Shown piece after piece: positions 18,311 to 28,345 of a stretch of 64,000 bases of DNA; the first letter of the stretch is position 1; each line of letters opens with the position of its first letter. This DNA comes from a virus (lineage: Duplodnaviria; Caudoviricetes): positions 3,520-67,519 of IMG/VR virus record IMGVR_UViG_3300019373_000210, one strand, 5' to 3'. The notes under the pieces were generated by a model. That model was not told where the DNA came from. It searched no databases and was given only the letters and a program-made list of their open reading frames with translations. The position numbers and the translations under genes are program-made.

Positions 18311-18943
18311 CTAGCCTAACAGTTCAGACAGCAATTTTTCCTGCTCATTCATGCTTATCACCATGCCTGAGTCGGCGAATTCGTGAAAGAAATCTAAGCT
18401 CTGGCAATCGGAGAGATCGTCATCGAAGGCCATGACTATCTTCCTGATATCGCCGTATCGCCCGACTCGCCTCCATTGCTCAAGGCTGTCCCGATAGTCT
18501 TCAGTTATCAATCCGTCGGAGAAAAGAACTACGTATTTGTCCGATTCGTCGACCATGTGCGTTTCCGCCAGGCTCGCAAGCTCTTGGAACAGCGCATTCG
18601 CGTTCGTCAGCCCATCGACCATCTCAACGTAACTATATTTAAAGCTTGCCGCAGGAACGAAGCCTTCGGTCCATTTGAACAACCGTCCCGAAAATCCTAT
18701 CGCCGAAACACTGATGGCCCCATTCTTGCCACGGTCTAGCGACCTAAGTTTGGAAACAGCATTGTTGACGCAATCGTTGATGGCCCCGATCTTATGACCT
18801 TGCATGCTGTTTGACGCATCGATGGCAAAAACCACCTGAATCTGCCTGCTTTCATACCTATCCGTACATGCACTGTCGGCGTCGTCTATCTCCTGTAGAA
18901 AACTGTCTATATCAAATTCGCCAAGTTCTATTGCATCGGGCAT
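18311..18943 (-). CDS. terY: TerY-like vWA protein (copy 2)
   Basis: VFAIDASNSMQGHKIGAINDCV; VLFSDG. Confidence 0.75.
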   Translation of the reverse strand: MPDAIELGEFDIDSFLQEIDDADSACTDRYESRQIQVVFAIDASNSMQGHKIGAINDCVNNAVSKLRSLDRGKNGAISVSAIGFSGRLFKWTEGFVPAASFKYSYVEMVDGLTNANALFQELASLAETHMVDESDKYVVLFSDGLITEDYRDSLEQWRRVGRYGDIRKIVMAFDDDLSDCQSLDFFHEFADSGMVISMNEQEKLLSELLG

Positions 18944-18955
18944 CTTCGACCTCCA

Positions 18956-21900
18956 CTAGAAGATATCCTCGCAAGAAATCTTGCCCGTAATCTCATTGAA
19001 CCATTCGCTGTTGGGAGTCGAGTACGGCCTGAACTTTTGCTTTCCGCGCCCCGCCTCGAAGTAGACGGCGTTGTTCTTGTTGATGCTTGGGTCTTTTACG
19101 ACGTCTGCAAAGTTCAGAGCCTCCTCATCGCTGAGATTGAACGCTATGCGCTTCTTGAATGCGTCAATCATGTTGGGGAATTTTTGCTGGAACAGAGTTA
19201 GGTCGTCGTGCCAGGCAATTGTGAATATGCCCTTTTCAGGTCCTTTTCTCAAGATTTCATCCAGCATGGTGAAACCTTGGCTGCTGCTGCTGTAAAGCCC
19301 GTTTTGGAAATCTGAAGCAAGGCCCAGATTGTTGATTATTATCCAGACGTACTCGCCGTCGTTCTGCTTCGACAGGTACAACCGATATACTTCTTCCAAC
19401 CTGTCAATAGCGTCGTACGATTCGGCTCCCTCGATAAAGTCTGGCAGGAGGAGCACCATTTCTTGCAGTTTATCTTGAATGGCCCCCTCTTCTGAATCGC
19501 TGAAGTTGAATACGTAGATTTGCGAGGCCGGCTGTCCGTCTTTGAGCGCCTTCAGCTTCTGCAAAACTAAATCCAAGGTGATGAAGAATAGGAGGTTATG
19601 TGCTTTCTGGGCGTCTTTACCCGCAAGAAGCATATTCTCGTTCTTCCGCATCTCGAATGGCACAGCAAGGCTTCGGTCAATTGCCAAGGCCTCGCCAAAG
19701 TGAATCTTTCGAGACTCCACGATTAAGTTGCCGTGGCGTAAATACTCCTGGAATACGCTATCACGGCTGTCGGCTACATCGGAAACAAGCACGCGGGTAT
19801 CGGACCGCCTAATGCCGCTTTGCGCGTAATGCGCTTCGACATCCTTCAAGATATCGTTGTGTGCTTCGGGGCTGATATACCCGACACGAAATCTATTGTT
19901 CGTCTTCGGCGTACTGATGGCCGGCAAATAGATTGCCGATCCAGCATCGTTGTCTTCAATCTGCGCTATGGCATCGCTCCCCGCGCCAAGAAGGATCTCG
20001 GCATCCTCTTTCGGGCATTTCAGGGCGATACGCACTGCAATCTGAGCCATTGCGGCCTCGTTTACCTCGTTGAGCCCTCTTACGCTCTGGGTGCAAAGAA
20101 TTACGTGTACACCATAGCTGCGTTTCAGCCTCAATATATTGTCGAGAAGCCGCGAAGCTTCGGACGAAACGGCCGCGTTGGCGCTGTTGAAGAGTTCGTG
20201 GAACTCGTCGATGACAACGAGCATGCGCGGCAACTTCCCGCTCCTCCTTGCTTCAGGGCTGTTGTTGTAAGCCGTGATGTCGCTGACGGAAATGCTGTTA
20301 AATAACTGCGATCGACGGTCGCCCTCTTTCATGATGTACTGCAAAACGCTCAGCCCGAATTCCTGCTCGCTCTCGATGGCGATGACTTTGAAGTTGGGTA
20401 AGTTGTAGTCGGCGTAAATCTTGAACTCGGTACCGCTCTTGAAATCGACAAGGTATATCTCGAGCTCTTCGTTCGAGTATTGCAATATGCAGCTTGTGAT
20501 AATCGCATGCAACAGGCGGCTCTTTCCGCTACCAATCTGACCGGCTATCAAGGCATGGATCGATTGGCTGCCTGGTTGCCCAAGGGTCAGGTATTGAATG
20601 TCGCTTGCGCCGCTCATTCCTATAGGTATCATCAAGCCTTCGCCGGAGCTGTACGAGAAAAGCTTTGAAGACGGTGGTGCGATATGCTTGTAGTCGATGA
20701 CGATTCGTCCGGCATCTTTGATTCCTTGTTTCATTGTCGGCGCAATGGATATGATCTTCTTTACACTGAGCGGCGGGTTTATCGTGTAGATCATATTCTC
20801 GTCAATGCCGTCTTTTGCTTCGAGGAAATAACCTTTCTTTCGAAGCGAGTAGACCGTTGCTGATGCCTCGATGTTGCCAATCTGCGCCTGGATTTTGGCG
20901 TCGGCTGCGGAAATCGCATCTGTGTTGCACATAATGACAACGTAGACGCCGCATTCCTTGCCGGTTGCGACAATCTGTTGCAGAAGGTCAACAGCCTTTG
21001 CCGAGAATCCTGCGGGGAAATCCATTATTCCGACGATGTTGTAAGGTTGCGGGTTAAGCGTGTTCGCCGCATTGTATTCGCGGATATTCGTGTACTGCCC
21101 CTTGAACGTGTTAATCTGCATCGTCTTTATGTGGTCGACGATTATCTGAAGCTGCTGCTCGATGCCGGATTCTTCTGTTTGAATTCCGCCGAGTATTACA
21201 TTGTAGCTGCGGCCCTGTTCATCCTCGAAATGCTTGAAGACCGCGAAGCTTTGGCCCGACTTCAACGGGTCGCAGAAATGGAATCTCATCTTGTTCGGCG
21301 GGGTAGACAGAAACGCGGTAAGGCATATCGTCTGGATGTGGTCTTTTGCCTGGGCCGCCTGTTCGTTCCCGTATTTGAACATTAGGCACAAGTTCTGATT
21401 GAGCCCGATGGTGAATGGAAATACAAAACTGTTCCCATTTATGACAGCTTGGTAGTTCGAGGTCATGATTCCCGATACCAAGCGATTGCTCAGTATCCGA
21501 TCGAGCTTGTACTCGAGAGAGCCTATGGTGATGTTTTCCGGCTCCGCAGTTGCGAGGGCAAAGTTGTTCGAGAGAGCTTTGGTTCTCGCCTTTTGGGTTT
21601 TCACAGCGTCGGCAATCGCCTGTGGCGGCACTTTTGTCAAAACGGTTTGTTGCAATGCCTGATAGGATGCAAACAGCTCCTGCTTCTTTTTCGAATCCAA
21701 ATCGGCAAGCTGTTGTTCGTGCTGTTCAAGCAATTCCTTCTTCTGCTGCGCATGCTTGGTGATCTCTTCGCTTCTCTGCTGATCGTATTTCCGGTTAAGC
21801 TCAGCGCAATAGCTGATGTATTCCTGCTTGTTCTTTGCTGCATCTTTGTCATGTTGAGCCATAAGAGACGTGAAACGCTGGCGCGCTTCTTCTACCATCT

Positions 21901-22705
21901 TGTTGGCTTTTGAATCGCTGTCCGGCAACAATGCATTAAGCTCGGCCAGCTCCTTTTGATAAAGTTGCTCGGCCTTCACGCGCATGGAATAGAACTCGAG
22001 AAACCTGCGATTAACCTCACTTCCCTTAACAGCCCTTCTTAAGAACTTCTCGTTCAGCACATTCAACTCTTCGACCATGATGTTCGGATGCATTGCATCG
22101 ATTGCCTCAAGAGTTGTCGCTGCAACTTCGACACATTCGGGCTGCTTGGCAATAAACCTTTTGTATCTCCAAGACGCAATCTGCTCTTCGGCTGCTCGAA
22201 GATTGGCCATTATCCTCTCTATGCGCTGCTTGCCGCTTTGCACTCGCTTACGCATATCCTCGCGGTATTTCTGGGAATTATCGTTAACTGCACGCTGGTC
22301 CCTCTTGTATGCGTCGGCCTCGCGCTGCGCATCGCTCAGGGTCTTCTTGTATTGAGATTCAACCTGGTCCAAAACCTTGGTTCGCTCGTACTCGATCTTT
22401 GAGAGCTCTTGCGAATGCCGCTCGTCACAATTCTTGATCTGACTAGCTTGGCTTGCCAGCATAGCCTCTTTCCGCTTTTTATAGTCATTATTGATTCCGC
22501 GGACCTTTTCAACGTATGCATCAAGCAGGCCCAGAAGAAGATGCAGGTTTCCAAGCGTTGTTTCCATCTCATCGTTGATTTGGGTCTGCACAAGGAGCTG
22601 CAAACTACTCGCATCCGCTCCGCAACCCGGGCAATACTCGGGTTCCTGGGGGCTTTCGAATTCTTTGTAACAATCGGAGCATAAGTATCTTGGCATGAGA
22701 TTCAC
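18956..22705 (-). CDS. FtsK/SpoIIIE (EccC/EssC-like) ATPase with N-terminal Zn ribbon and coiled coil, no TM segment
   Basis: CSDC...CPGC; AGQIGSGKS, IYLVDFKSGTEF, VVIDEFHELF, RSYGVHVILCTQ; flanked by two degenerate FtsK-like domains. Confidence 0.85.
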   Translation of the reverse strand: MNLMPRYLCSDCYKEFESPQEPEYCPGCGADASSLQLLVQTQINDEMETTLGNLHLLLGLLDAYVEKVRGINNDYKKRKEAMLASQASQIKNCDERHSQELSKIEYERTKVLDQVESQYKKTLSDAQREADAYKRDQRAVNDNSQKYREDMRKRVQSGKQRIERIMANLRAAEEQIASWRYKRFIAKQPECVEVAATTLEAIDAMHPNIMVEELNVLNEKFLRRAVKGSEVNRRFLEFYSMRVKAEQLYQKELAELNALLPDSDSKANKMVEEARQRFTSLMAQHDKDAAKNKQEYISYCAELNRKYDQQRSEEITKHAQQKKELLEQHEQQLADLDSKKKQELFASYQALQQTVLTKVPPQAIADAVKTQKARTKALSNNFALATAEPENITIGSLEYKLDRILSNRLVSGIMTSNYQAVINGNSFVFPFTIGLNQNLCLMFKYGNEQAAQAKDHIQTICLTAFLSTPPNKMRFHFCDPLKSGQSFAVFKHFEDEQGRSYNVILGGIQTEESGIEQQLQIIVDHIKTMQINTFKGQYTNIREYNAANTLNPQPYNIVGIMDFPAGFSAKAVDLLQQIVATGKECGVYVVIMCNTDAISAADAKIQAQIGNIEASATVYSLRKKGYFLEAKDGIDENMIYTINPPLSVKKIISIAPTMKQGIKDAGRIVIDYKHIAPPSSKLFSYSSGEGLMIPIGMSGASDIQYLTLGQPGSQSIHALIAGQIGSGKSRLLHAIITSCILQYSNEELEIYLVDFKSGTEFKIYADYNLPNFKVIAIESEQEFGLSVLQYIMKEGDRRSQLFNSISVSDITAYNNSPEARRSGKLPRMLVVIDEFHELFNSANAAVSSEASRLLDNILRLKRSYGVHVILCTQSVRGLNEVNEAAMAQIAVRIALKCPKEDAEILLGAGSDAIAQIEDNDAGSAIYLPAISTPKTNNRFRVGYISPEAHNDILKDVEAHYAQSGIRRSDTRVLVSDVADSRDSVFQEYLRHGNLIVESRKIHFGEALAIDRSLAVPFEMRKNENMLLAGKDAQKAHNLLFFITLDLVLQKLKALKDGQPASQIYVFNFSDSEEGAIQDKLQEMVLLLPDFIEGAESYDAIDRLEEVYRLYLSKQNDGEYVWIIINNLGLASDFQNGLYSSSSQGFTMLDEILRKGPEKGIFTIAWHDDLTLFQQKFPNMIDAFKKRIAFNLSDEEALNFADVVKDPSINKNNAVYFEAGRGKQKFRPYSTPNSEWFNEITGKISCEDIF

Positions 22706-22745
22706 TCTTCCCGTTTAGCAGCTTGGTCGCAATAGCTCATAATGG

Positions 22746-22979
22746 CTATAGTTCTATCGTTGTTGCATCCTTTAATTTTTCAACGTTTGCTGGTGGGAAG
22801 AAAGTTCTGATTTTGCCATTATCTTTATTGATTGCGAAAGGTGATATGTCAAGGGGCTCTCCGCTTTCCTTGTCGCCGGCAGACATAACAAATTCGTCAC
22901 CAACATCTAATGCTGAGATAATGGAGTAGTTCGGATACTCTGTTTCAAAAATTTCTTTAGCTTCGTCAAATGTCAACAT
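22746..22979 (-). CDS. Candidate immunity protein, 77 aa
   Basis: Small acidic ORF immediately downstream of the toxin. Confidence 0.6.
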   Translation of the reverse strand: MLTFDEAKEIFETEYPNYSIISALDVGDEFVMSAGDKESGEPLDISPFAINKDNGKIRTFFPPANVEKLKDATTIEL

Positions 22980-23065
22980 TTTCGTCCTATCCTTTGGTTA
23001 ACACTTATTTTCAACGAATCTCTTCTCGGTTTATTTCCCCTATCTTCAACAAGCCGATTGCTGTT

Positions 23066-24394
23066 TTATGCAGCTATTGGCGTGCAGCATTGGTTAATTC
23101 GGTCCGTAAAGGGGAGGTTGTCTATCCTCATGCAGAACACTTCACTTCCTTTTGCAAAATCAAAATATGAACGCACATCTGTATCACCATTTTGCGGATC
23201 AACAAATCGCGTCGCCCCACCATTCCTCTCGGCAATAAAAACATGACCGCCGCCCGCTTTCCATCGCACGCGAACAATGGCGCGCGCATCGGTACCCCAT
23301 TGCTCCATCTGGTTTTCAACATTGATTGCAGCGCCGGTGCCTGAATTAGCCGAGCAGTCGATAAGACATGCGCCTTCGTATACGCTCGGCCATCCATTTG
23401 GATGCCTCATGATTGGCAAAGCATCATTCCCTGGCGGCAACGGCTGTGCCACAACATCAAGGCCCCGCCTTCGTGCCTCATAGGCCGAAACGCATCGTTG
23501 ACAGTTGTTATTCCAAGGCGAATCGTTGTCCGTCTTTGAGTAATTTGGGTTTGTCCCCTTTAGGCAATAGCTCCGAAATTCATCAGCTAGGTTATTGTAG
23601 AATTGAGGATAATCCGTCGGATAGTTGTACAGTATTCCAGTATTGGTGTTTTCAACAATTTGACCTCGCGCTACCTCTAAATTATGGCTTTCTTGATTTA
23701 GCATTGCTGTTCGATGTTCGTTAAGCGTTTTATTCAGCCAAGAACATTCCGGTACGCCACGTGAAATTAATTCTTCTCTATAGTTTTGAATTTGTGCGTC
23801 AACGTTTTGCAGCGTTTGCTTCCACCGTGAATCGGCTTCTTCCCTTGAGAGGTGGAGTGTCTTGCCGCCATCCGATTTAGTGCTCGATTCTATTTCACCA
23901 GTCGAGTCATCTGCCTGCTCATATGCAAATGTATCGATGTAGCTACTCGCTTTTTCGGCACTTCCGCCGGAAGATTCAATAGCATCTTCGCCCAATTCGC
24001 CCATCAAAGCCTTGAATCTATCGATTTGCCTTTTGTATTCCTGGCTGCTCTGCTCAACAGCTTTTCTACCAAACTCAATAGAATTGGCCTGCTTAAGCTT
24101 TTCTAGCCCGCTATTGAGCTTTGCAATTTCGCTGTTGATTTCACCAGCAATTTCTCTCTTTTCTTCTTCGGCAGTTCCAGTTTCAGTTTCAATTCTTTGT
24201 GATTCAGTATCGCCAACAGACTTGACTTCTTGAATGGCGTCCGAAGCCTCGTCGTCGAGCATATTTTGGATGCTGTCAAGCAAGCTTAGGGGTGCGTACT
24301 CTTCGCGAAGAGTCTTACCTTCTTCGCCTAAGCGTTCCAGCGTCTGCCTATTCTCCGAAACGTCTTTCTTGCTCTTTTCGTATCTCTTACCCAC
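23066..24394 (-). CDS. Polymorphic toxin: helical N-terminus plus papain-fold (Tox-PL/glutamine deamidase-type) C-terminus
   Basis: NNCQRCVSAYEARRRG (Cys), GGGHVF (His), FVDPQ (Asp). Confidence 0.82.
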   Translation of the reverse strand: MGKRYEKSKKDVSENRQTLERLGEEGKTLREEYAPLSLLDSIQNMLDDEASDAIQEVKSVGDTESQRIETETGTAEEEKREIAGEINSEIAKLNSGLEKLKQANSIEFGRKAVEQSSQEYKRQIDRFKALMGELGEDAIESSGGSAEKASSYIDTFAYEQADDSTGEIESSTKSDGGKTLHLSREEADSRWKQTLQNVDAQIQNYREELISRGVPECSWLNKTLNEHRTAMLNQESHNLEVARGQIVENTNTGILYNYPTDYPQFYNNLADEFRSYCLKGTNPNYSKTDNDSPWNNNCQRCVSAYEARRRGLDVVAQPLPPGNDALPIMRHPNGWPSVYEGACLIDCSANSGTGAAINVENQMEQWGTDARAIVRVRWKAGGGHVFIAERNGGATRFVDPQNGDTDVRSYFDFAKGSEVFCMRIDNLPFTDRINQCCTPIAA

Positions 24395-24426
24395 GATTTT
24401 TGGCTTACCTTTTCTTTGAATCTAAG

Positions 24427-27240
24427 CTATTCCCATTCCATGAGCCTTGCTTTCAACCTGGTCTTTTGTTCTTTCGATCGTTCAAAACCGTATCTTTCCC
24501 CAATTGTCTTTGCGAAGGCCTTATAGTTCTGGCGTTTTTCCTCGATCAGCGTCTTTACTCCATCCTCGCAATACTTGTTTTGTTTCTTGTAGGAGGATAG
24601 GCTGAAGATTATTTCCTCCATCGAGTCGCTAATTTGATGGAATTTCAGCTCTAGTGACCTCTTTTGCTCGTTTGCGTAGTCAATGCTTGCTTGAACCTGA
24701 TCGAGCACTTCTGCCTGTTTCTCGGCTGTGACCTTTGACCAGTCCGTTTTCTCAAGGGTCTTTCTGCTCTCTTCGATTTCACCGCAGAAATCTGCCAATT
24801 CATCTAGCCTGTCGAATAGAACGTTGGCATCGTCCATGACGTCATTCCACTGCTGGTTGAACTTTCGCGAGGTTATCTCAAAGCTTTGCTGCATGTCTTT
24901 TGTAAACGGGGAACCTTCATAGCACAGCATTGCGTATAGTTTTTCGTCGCTTGGTGAGTCGTATAGTTCGTCGTGAACTACGCCATTCACCTTCGACCAT
25001 TGCTCCATTTGTAGCTCGAAGGGCTTTAACAAGCCTTCGTATATCGCAAGGGTACGACCGGTTGTGAAGGTAGCCATCCGCTCAAGCTGCACTTCGTCAG
25101 CCGACATGGTGCTTCCGAGAAGCTGCCTATCGTCCTGGGATGTCATTCGATGCCCAAGCTTGAGGGAGGTGTTCTTAATAACTTCAGGTGCCATAGCGGT
25201 AGGAAGCTGATCAGCGATGATAATCGCCTCATTAAGAGCACGAACCTCCGCGAGCATTTTCACGATAAATGCCGTAGCTGCTATCTTCGGGTTTGCGTTT
25301 TCCCCGGCTTCCTTCTCGGCCTTGGGACCAATAAGGTTATGCGCCTCCTCGAAGAAGATAACATGCCGTGGTTTGTTGCTTCCGTCCTTCCGCTTCAATG
25401 GGTTTGCTTTCAAAGTTTCCCTGATGAGAGTGGAGAGCATCAACGTTAGGAAATTTGCCGGACCGCTGCCCATCGCTTCCAGCTCAATCACAACTGGTCG
25501 AGTCAGCCATTCTTCAGGCGCTAGTGAGGATTCCGCAACGTTGAACACATCGCCCATTTCCCTCGAAAGGAGGCTGCCAATTCGAACTTGCAAGACGGAT
25601 TTTAGGTTGCCCTTGATTTCGCCTTCGTAATCCGTCTCCTCAAGAATTTGCTCAAGGGTGTCGTAGAGCTCGCCCATCGTTGGATAGGGAAGTGTTCCGT
25701 GGTTGATCATGTACGGAAGCCAGCCCTTTTCCCGATAGACACGTTCAATCGCGCGGTCGAGCAGGAACGGCATTGGGGGATCCATGGAGAAAGATCCCTC
25801 GAATACGTTAATCAGATTCCTGATGTGCTCGGCCAAAGACATCTTCAGGGGGAACTGGAACGGGTTTATATGGAGAAGGAATTTCGTCCCAGACGAAGGT
25901 GAAAATACCGTCGTCCCCTTCATTTCGGGTTTGTTTACAAGTGCCCTGTATTCTTGCTTTGCAGGCTCCAATATCAAGAACGGTATATCGAAGCGCGAGT
26001 AAAGCTCCGTGACAAGATGAAGCATGCTGTTCGTCTTGCCAGACCCAGGCACGCCAGCCAAGAAGGCGTGTTTCGATAGATTCTTCAAAGGGAAATAAAC
26101 TTCGTAACCATCCGTGTCCTTGCCGAGGTAAAGTCCATTTCCGTCGTAATTTGGCGACGTCTCTTTCGGCATCTCTATCGACTCGCCCGAATACAAGGTT
26201 GGCAAAGCAGTGAATGGCACCAGCTCTTTAAGGAAGAACAGCGTTGGCCAGAAACGCAACTCTCTGGGCGCATTCGAATTGCAGAGGAGCTTCAGGTTGC
26301 TGTTGATGATCTCGTTGGCGTTGAACATCCCAGTTTCAACGATCACGTCATAAGAACCTTCGGATAGCGCCTCCGATGCCGCTGCATCCAACAGCATGTT
26401 TGCGTAGTTTGAGTTCTGCGCAAACGCCCGAATATTCACGTTGAAATGCGGATTCGCAGCGACGGTCTTAACTAGATCTTTATATCGGTCCAGCGTGTAG
26501 TCGGCGCTCTCATCTTTCTGGAAGGTGGTGGAAGACCCTGACTTCTCAACTCGTAGTGACAACATGCGACGCAAGCTCGACATTATGGCGCCGAGCATCG
26601 TTGGTGTTTCGATTGTGTTTGAGTAGTCCATTGGAACAACGTCGACGCAGTAGAGACATCTCCACTGGCTCTTGTCTTCCTTTTTAGAATTCTCAGCCAT
26701 TTTCTTCATCATGGTGAAGAGGCTGAAAAGTCGTGCGTCCTCGTTCATCTCCCATTTGTTGACGGAATAAAAATCTGTCATGTCAGGGTTATCCGGGCGT
26801 GCGAACTTTTCTTTTTTGATGAGAGCCGCCTGGTACCTATACAGCTCTGGACTTAGCTCAAGCGTTTGGTCTTTTCGCTTCTTCAATTCCTTGGGCGTTT
26901 CGTTGCCGGTCAACGGCGGCAGCTCTTCTTCGGGGAAAACTTGCACTAGGTCAAAATATGGCGCCAGCGGCGACGACCCGATGAAGCTCTGCATGTAATC
27001 CGATGCGTCCTTGCCGTCGAATTTTATGATGATCTTCATCCTTTGGCCCTTGGGGGCAGACGGATTGTATTCGTAAATCCAACGGATGATTTCCCTGTTC
27101 AATAAGCCTTTTCTGTGAATCTGGCGTAAGAACGCTTCGTGCTTCTTTAGCACGCCCTCAACCCCGCCCTCATCGAGGGCTGAGTATTTACTTAATGTTA
27201 GGTCGGGTATCCTCTTAACCTCGTAGTACAGGCTCGGCAT
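24427..27240 (-). CDS. HerA/VirB4-like ATPase (DUF87 type), 937 aa
   Basis: HAFLAGVPGSGKT, LILEPAKQEY, IFFEEAHNLI, LAEVRA, IADQLP. Confidence 0.85.
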   Translation of the reverse strand: MPSLYYEVKRIPDLTLSKYSALDEGGVEGVLKKHEAFLRQIHRKGLLNREIIRWIYEYNPSAPKGQRMKIIIKFDGKDASDYMQSFIGSSPLAPYFDLVQVFPEEELPPLTGNETPKELKKRKDQTLELSPELYRYQAALIKKEKFARPDNPDMTDFYSVNKWEMNEDARLFSLFTMMKKMAENSKKEDKSQWRCLYCVDVVPMDYSNTIETPTMLGAIMSSLRRMLSLRVEKSGSSTTFQKDESADYTLDRYKDLVKTVAANPHFNVNIRAFAQNSNYANMLLDAAASEALSEGSYDVIVETGMFNANEIINSNLKLLCNSNAPRELRFWPTLFFLKELVPFTALPTLYSGESIEMPKETSPNYDGNGLYLGKDTDGYEVYFPLKNLSKHAFLAGVPGSGKTNSMLHLVTELYSRFDIPFLILEPAKQEYRALVNKPEMKGTTVFSPSSGTKFLLHINPFQFPLKMSLAEHIRNLINVFEGSFSMDPPMPFLLDRAIERVYREKGWLPYMINHGTLPYPTMGELYDTLEQILEETDYEGEIKGNLKSVLQVRIGSLLSREMGDVFNVAESSLAPEEWLTRPVVIELEAMGSGPANFLTLMLSTLIRETLKANPLKRKDGSNKPRHVIFFEEAHNLIGPKAEKEAGENANPKIAATAFIVKMLAEVRALNEAIIIADQLPTAMAPEVIKNTSLKLGHRMTSQDDRQLLGSTMSADEVQLERMATFTTGRTLAIYEGLLKPFELQMEQWSKVNGVVHDELYDSPSDEKLYAMLCYEGSPFTKDMQQSFEITSRKFNQQWNDVMDDANVLFDRLDELADFCGEIEESRKTLEKTDWSKVTAEKQAEVLDQVQASIDYANEQKRSLELKFHQISDSMEEIIFSLSSYKKQNKYCEDGVKTLIEEKRQNYKAFAKTIGERYGFERSKEQKTRLKARLMEWE

Positions 27241-27266
27241 GGTAACAACACCCCCCGTTAGGGCTC

Positions 27267-27758
27267 TTACAGGGCGCTGTCAATCTCACCCATCTGCTGC
27301 CTAAATTCGTTCTCCGCATCCTGGGATGCCTTTGTGTTCTCCTGGATGGCTTGATTGAATTCTCTCGTAGACTGGTCGACTCTGTTGCCGCCTTCGCTCC
27401 GAGCGCTTTTGCCGAATGAACCTATGCCGTCCATTTGACCGAAAATAGCCTTCACACGCTCGTTGTTCTTAACTTGCTCACCAGCATCCTTGCTCGATGC
27501 CTCCATGCTCCTGCGTCCACTTTCGACGTTGGAGTGAACCGCAGAGTCCATATGCGCCTTCGCGTCGCTCTTTGTTCCTTCTTGCACTGCTCTGGCCGCT
27601 TCGGTGATTTCGTCATCGACGTCTGTAGGAAGCGAGTCGAGAAGCTGTTTCATTGACCTGACGTCACTTACCGCTTTTCGTCCTTGCTCAGCTCCCTTCC
27701 TGAAGCTCTCGCTACCTTCGCTTGACTTCCGCTTAACCTCTGCAAGCTTCTTTCCCAT
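27267..27758 (-). CDS. Small alpha-helical protein homologous to the toxin N-terminus (WXG100/LXG-partner-like)
   Basis: 163 aa; shares MGK..SE..E.G..LLDS..DDE..FGxxA pattern with 23066-24394. Confidence 0.7.
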   Translation of the reverse strand: MGKKLAEVKRKSSEGSESFRKGAEQGRKAVSDVRSMKQLLDSLPTDVDDEITEAARAVQEGTKSDAKAHMDSAVHSNVESGRRSMEASSKDAGEQVKNNERVKAIFGQMDGIGSFGKSARSEGGNRVDQSTREFNQAIQENTKASQDAENEFRQQMGEIDSAL

Positions 27759-27820
27759 AATGAGCCCTCTTCCTTATACAAGGCATTTTGCCAAACCTAC
27801 TCTTATTGTATACGCCGAAA

Positions 27821-28345
27821 TCATCTTCGTAGAACTTTTTGCGGCGCTGTTCTTCCACCGCTCAAAACCGAATCGATTCTCCCTGCAAGCGTGTATGCGT
27901 CGTTTAAATTCTGACGATAGTCTTCCAATACAGCCCGAAGCCTCGGAAGCTGATCTGCGGCACTCGCCCCGAACGGGTTAGCTGCCATCTGTTCGAAAGT
28001 GCTTATACTCTGTTCAACCTTCGGAATCTTTGCTTCAAGAGTATTGATCACATTCGTGAGCTCGGCACGAGTTGCCTGCAAGTAATTCAATGCGTGAGCT
28101 TTCGCAGCCTGAACCTGACGTAATTGCTCCTGATACTGCTGGTATCTCTGCGCGGCATCGCGCATGTTCTCCAAAGCCGCTCTCTCGTCGGAAGGATCTT
28201 CGGCAGATGAGGCCTGCGCATTATATCGGCTCATTTCGTTTTCTGCATCTTGGATCATGCTGTAAAGCGTTGCTTCTTGTTCGCAAGCTTGTTCGTATTG
28301 CGAAATGGCTCGATCGACGTTGTTGTAAAGGGCCTCCATCGTCAT
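27821..28345 (-). CDS. Small alpha-helical protein (WXG100-like hairpin)
   Basis: 174 aa; heptad-rich, FEQMAANPFGASA turn, C-terminal PQKVLRR. Confidence 0.65.
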   Translation of the reverse strand: MTMEALYNNVDRAISQYEQACEQEATLYSMIQDAENEMSRYNAQASSAEDPSDERAALENMRDAAQRYQQYQEQLRQVQAAKAHALNYLQATRAELTNVINTLEAKIPKVEQSISTFEQMAANPFGASAADQLPRLRAVLEDYRQNLNDAYTLAGRIDSVLSGGRTAPQKVLRR

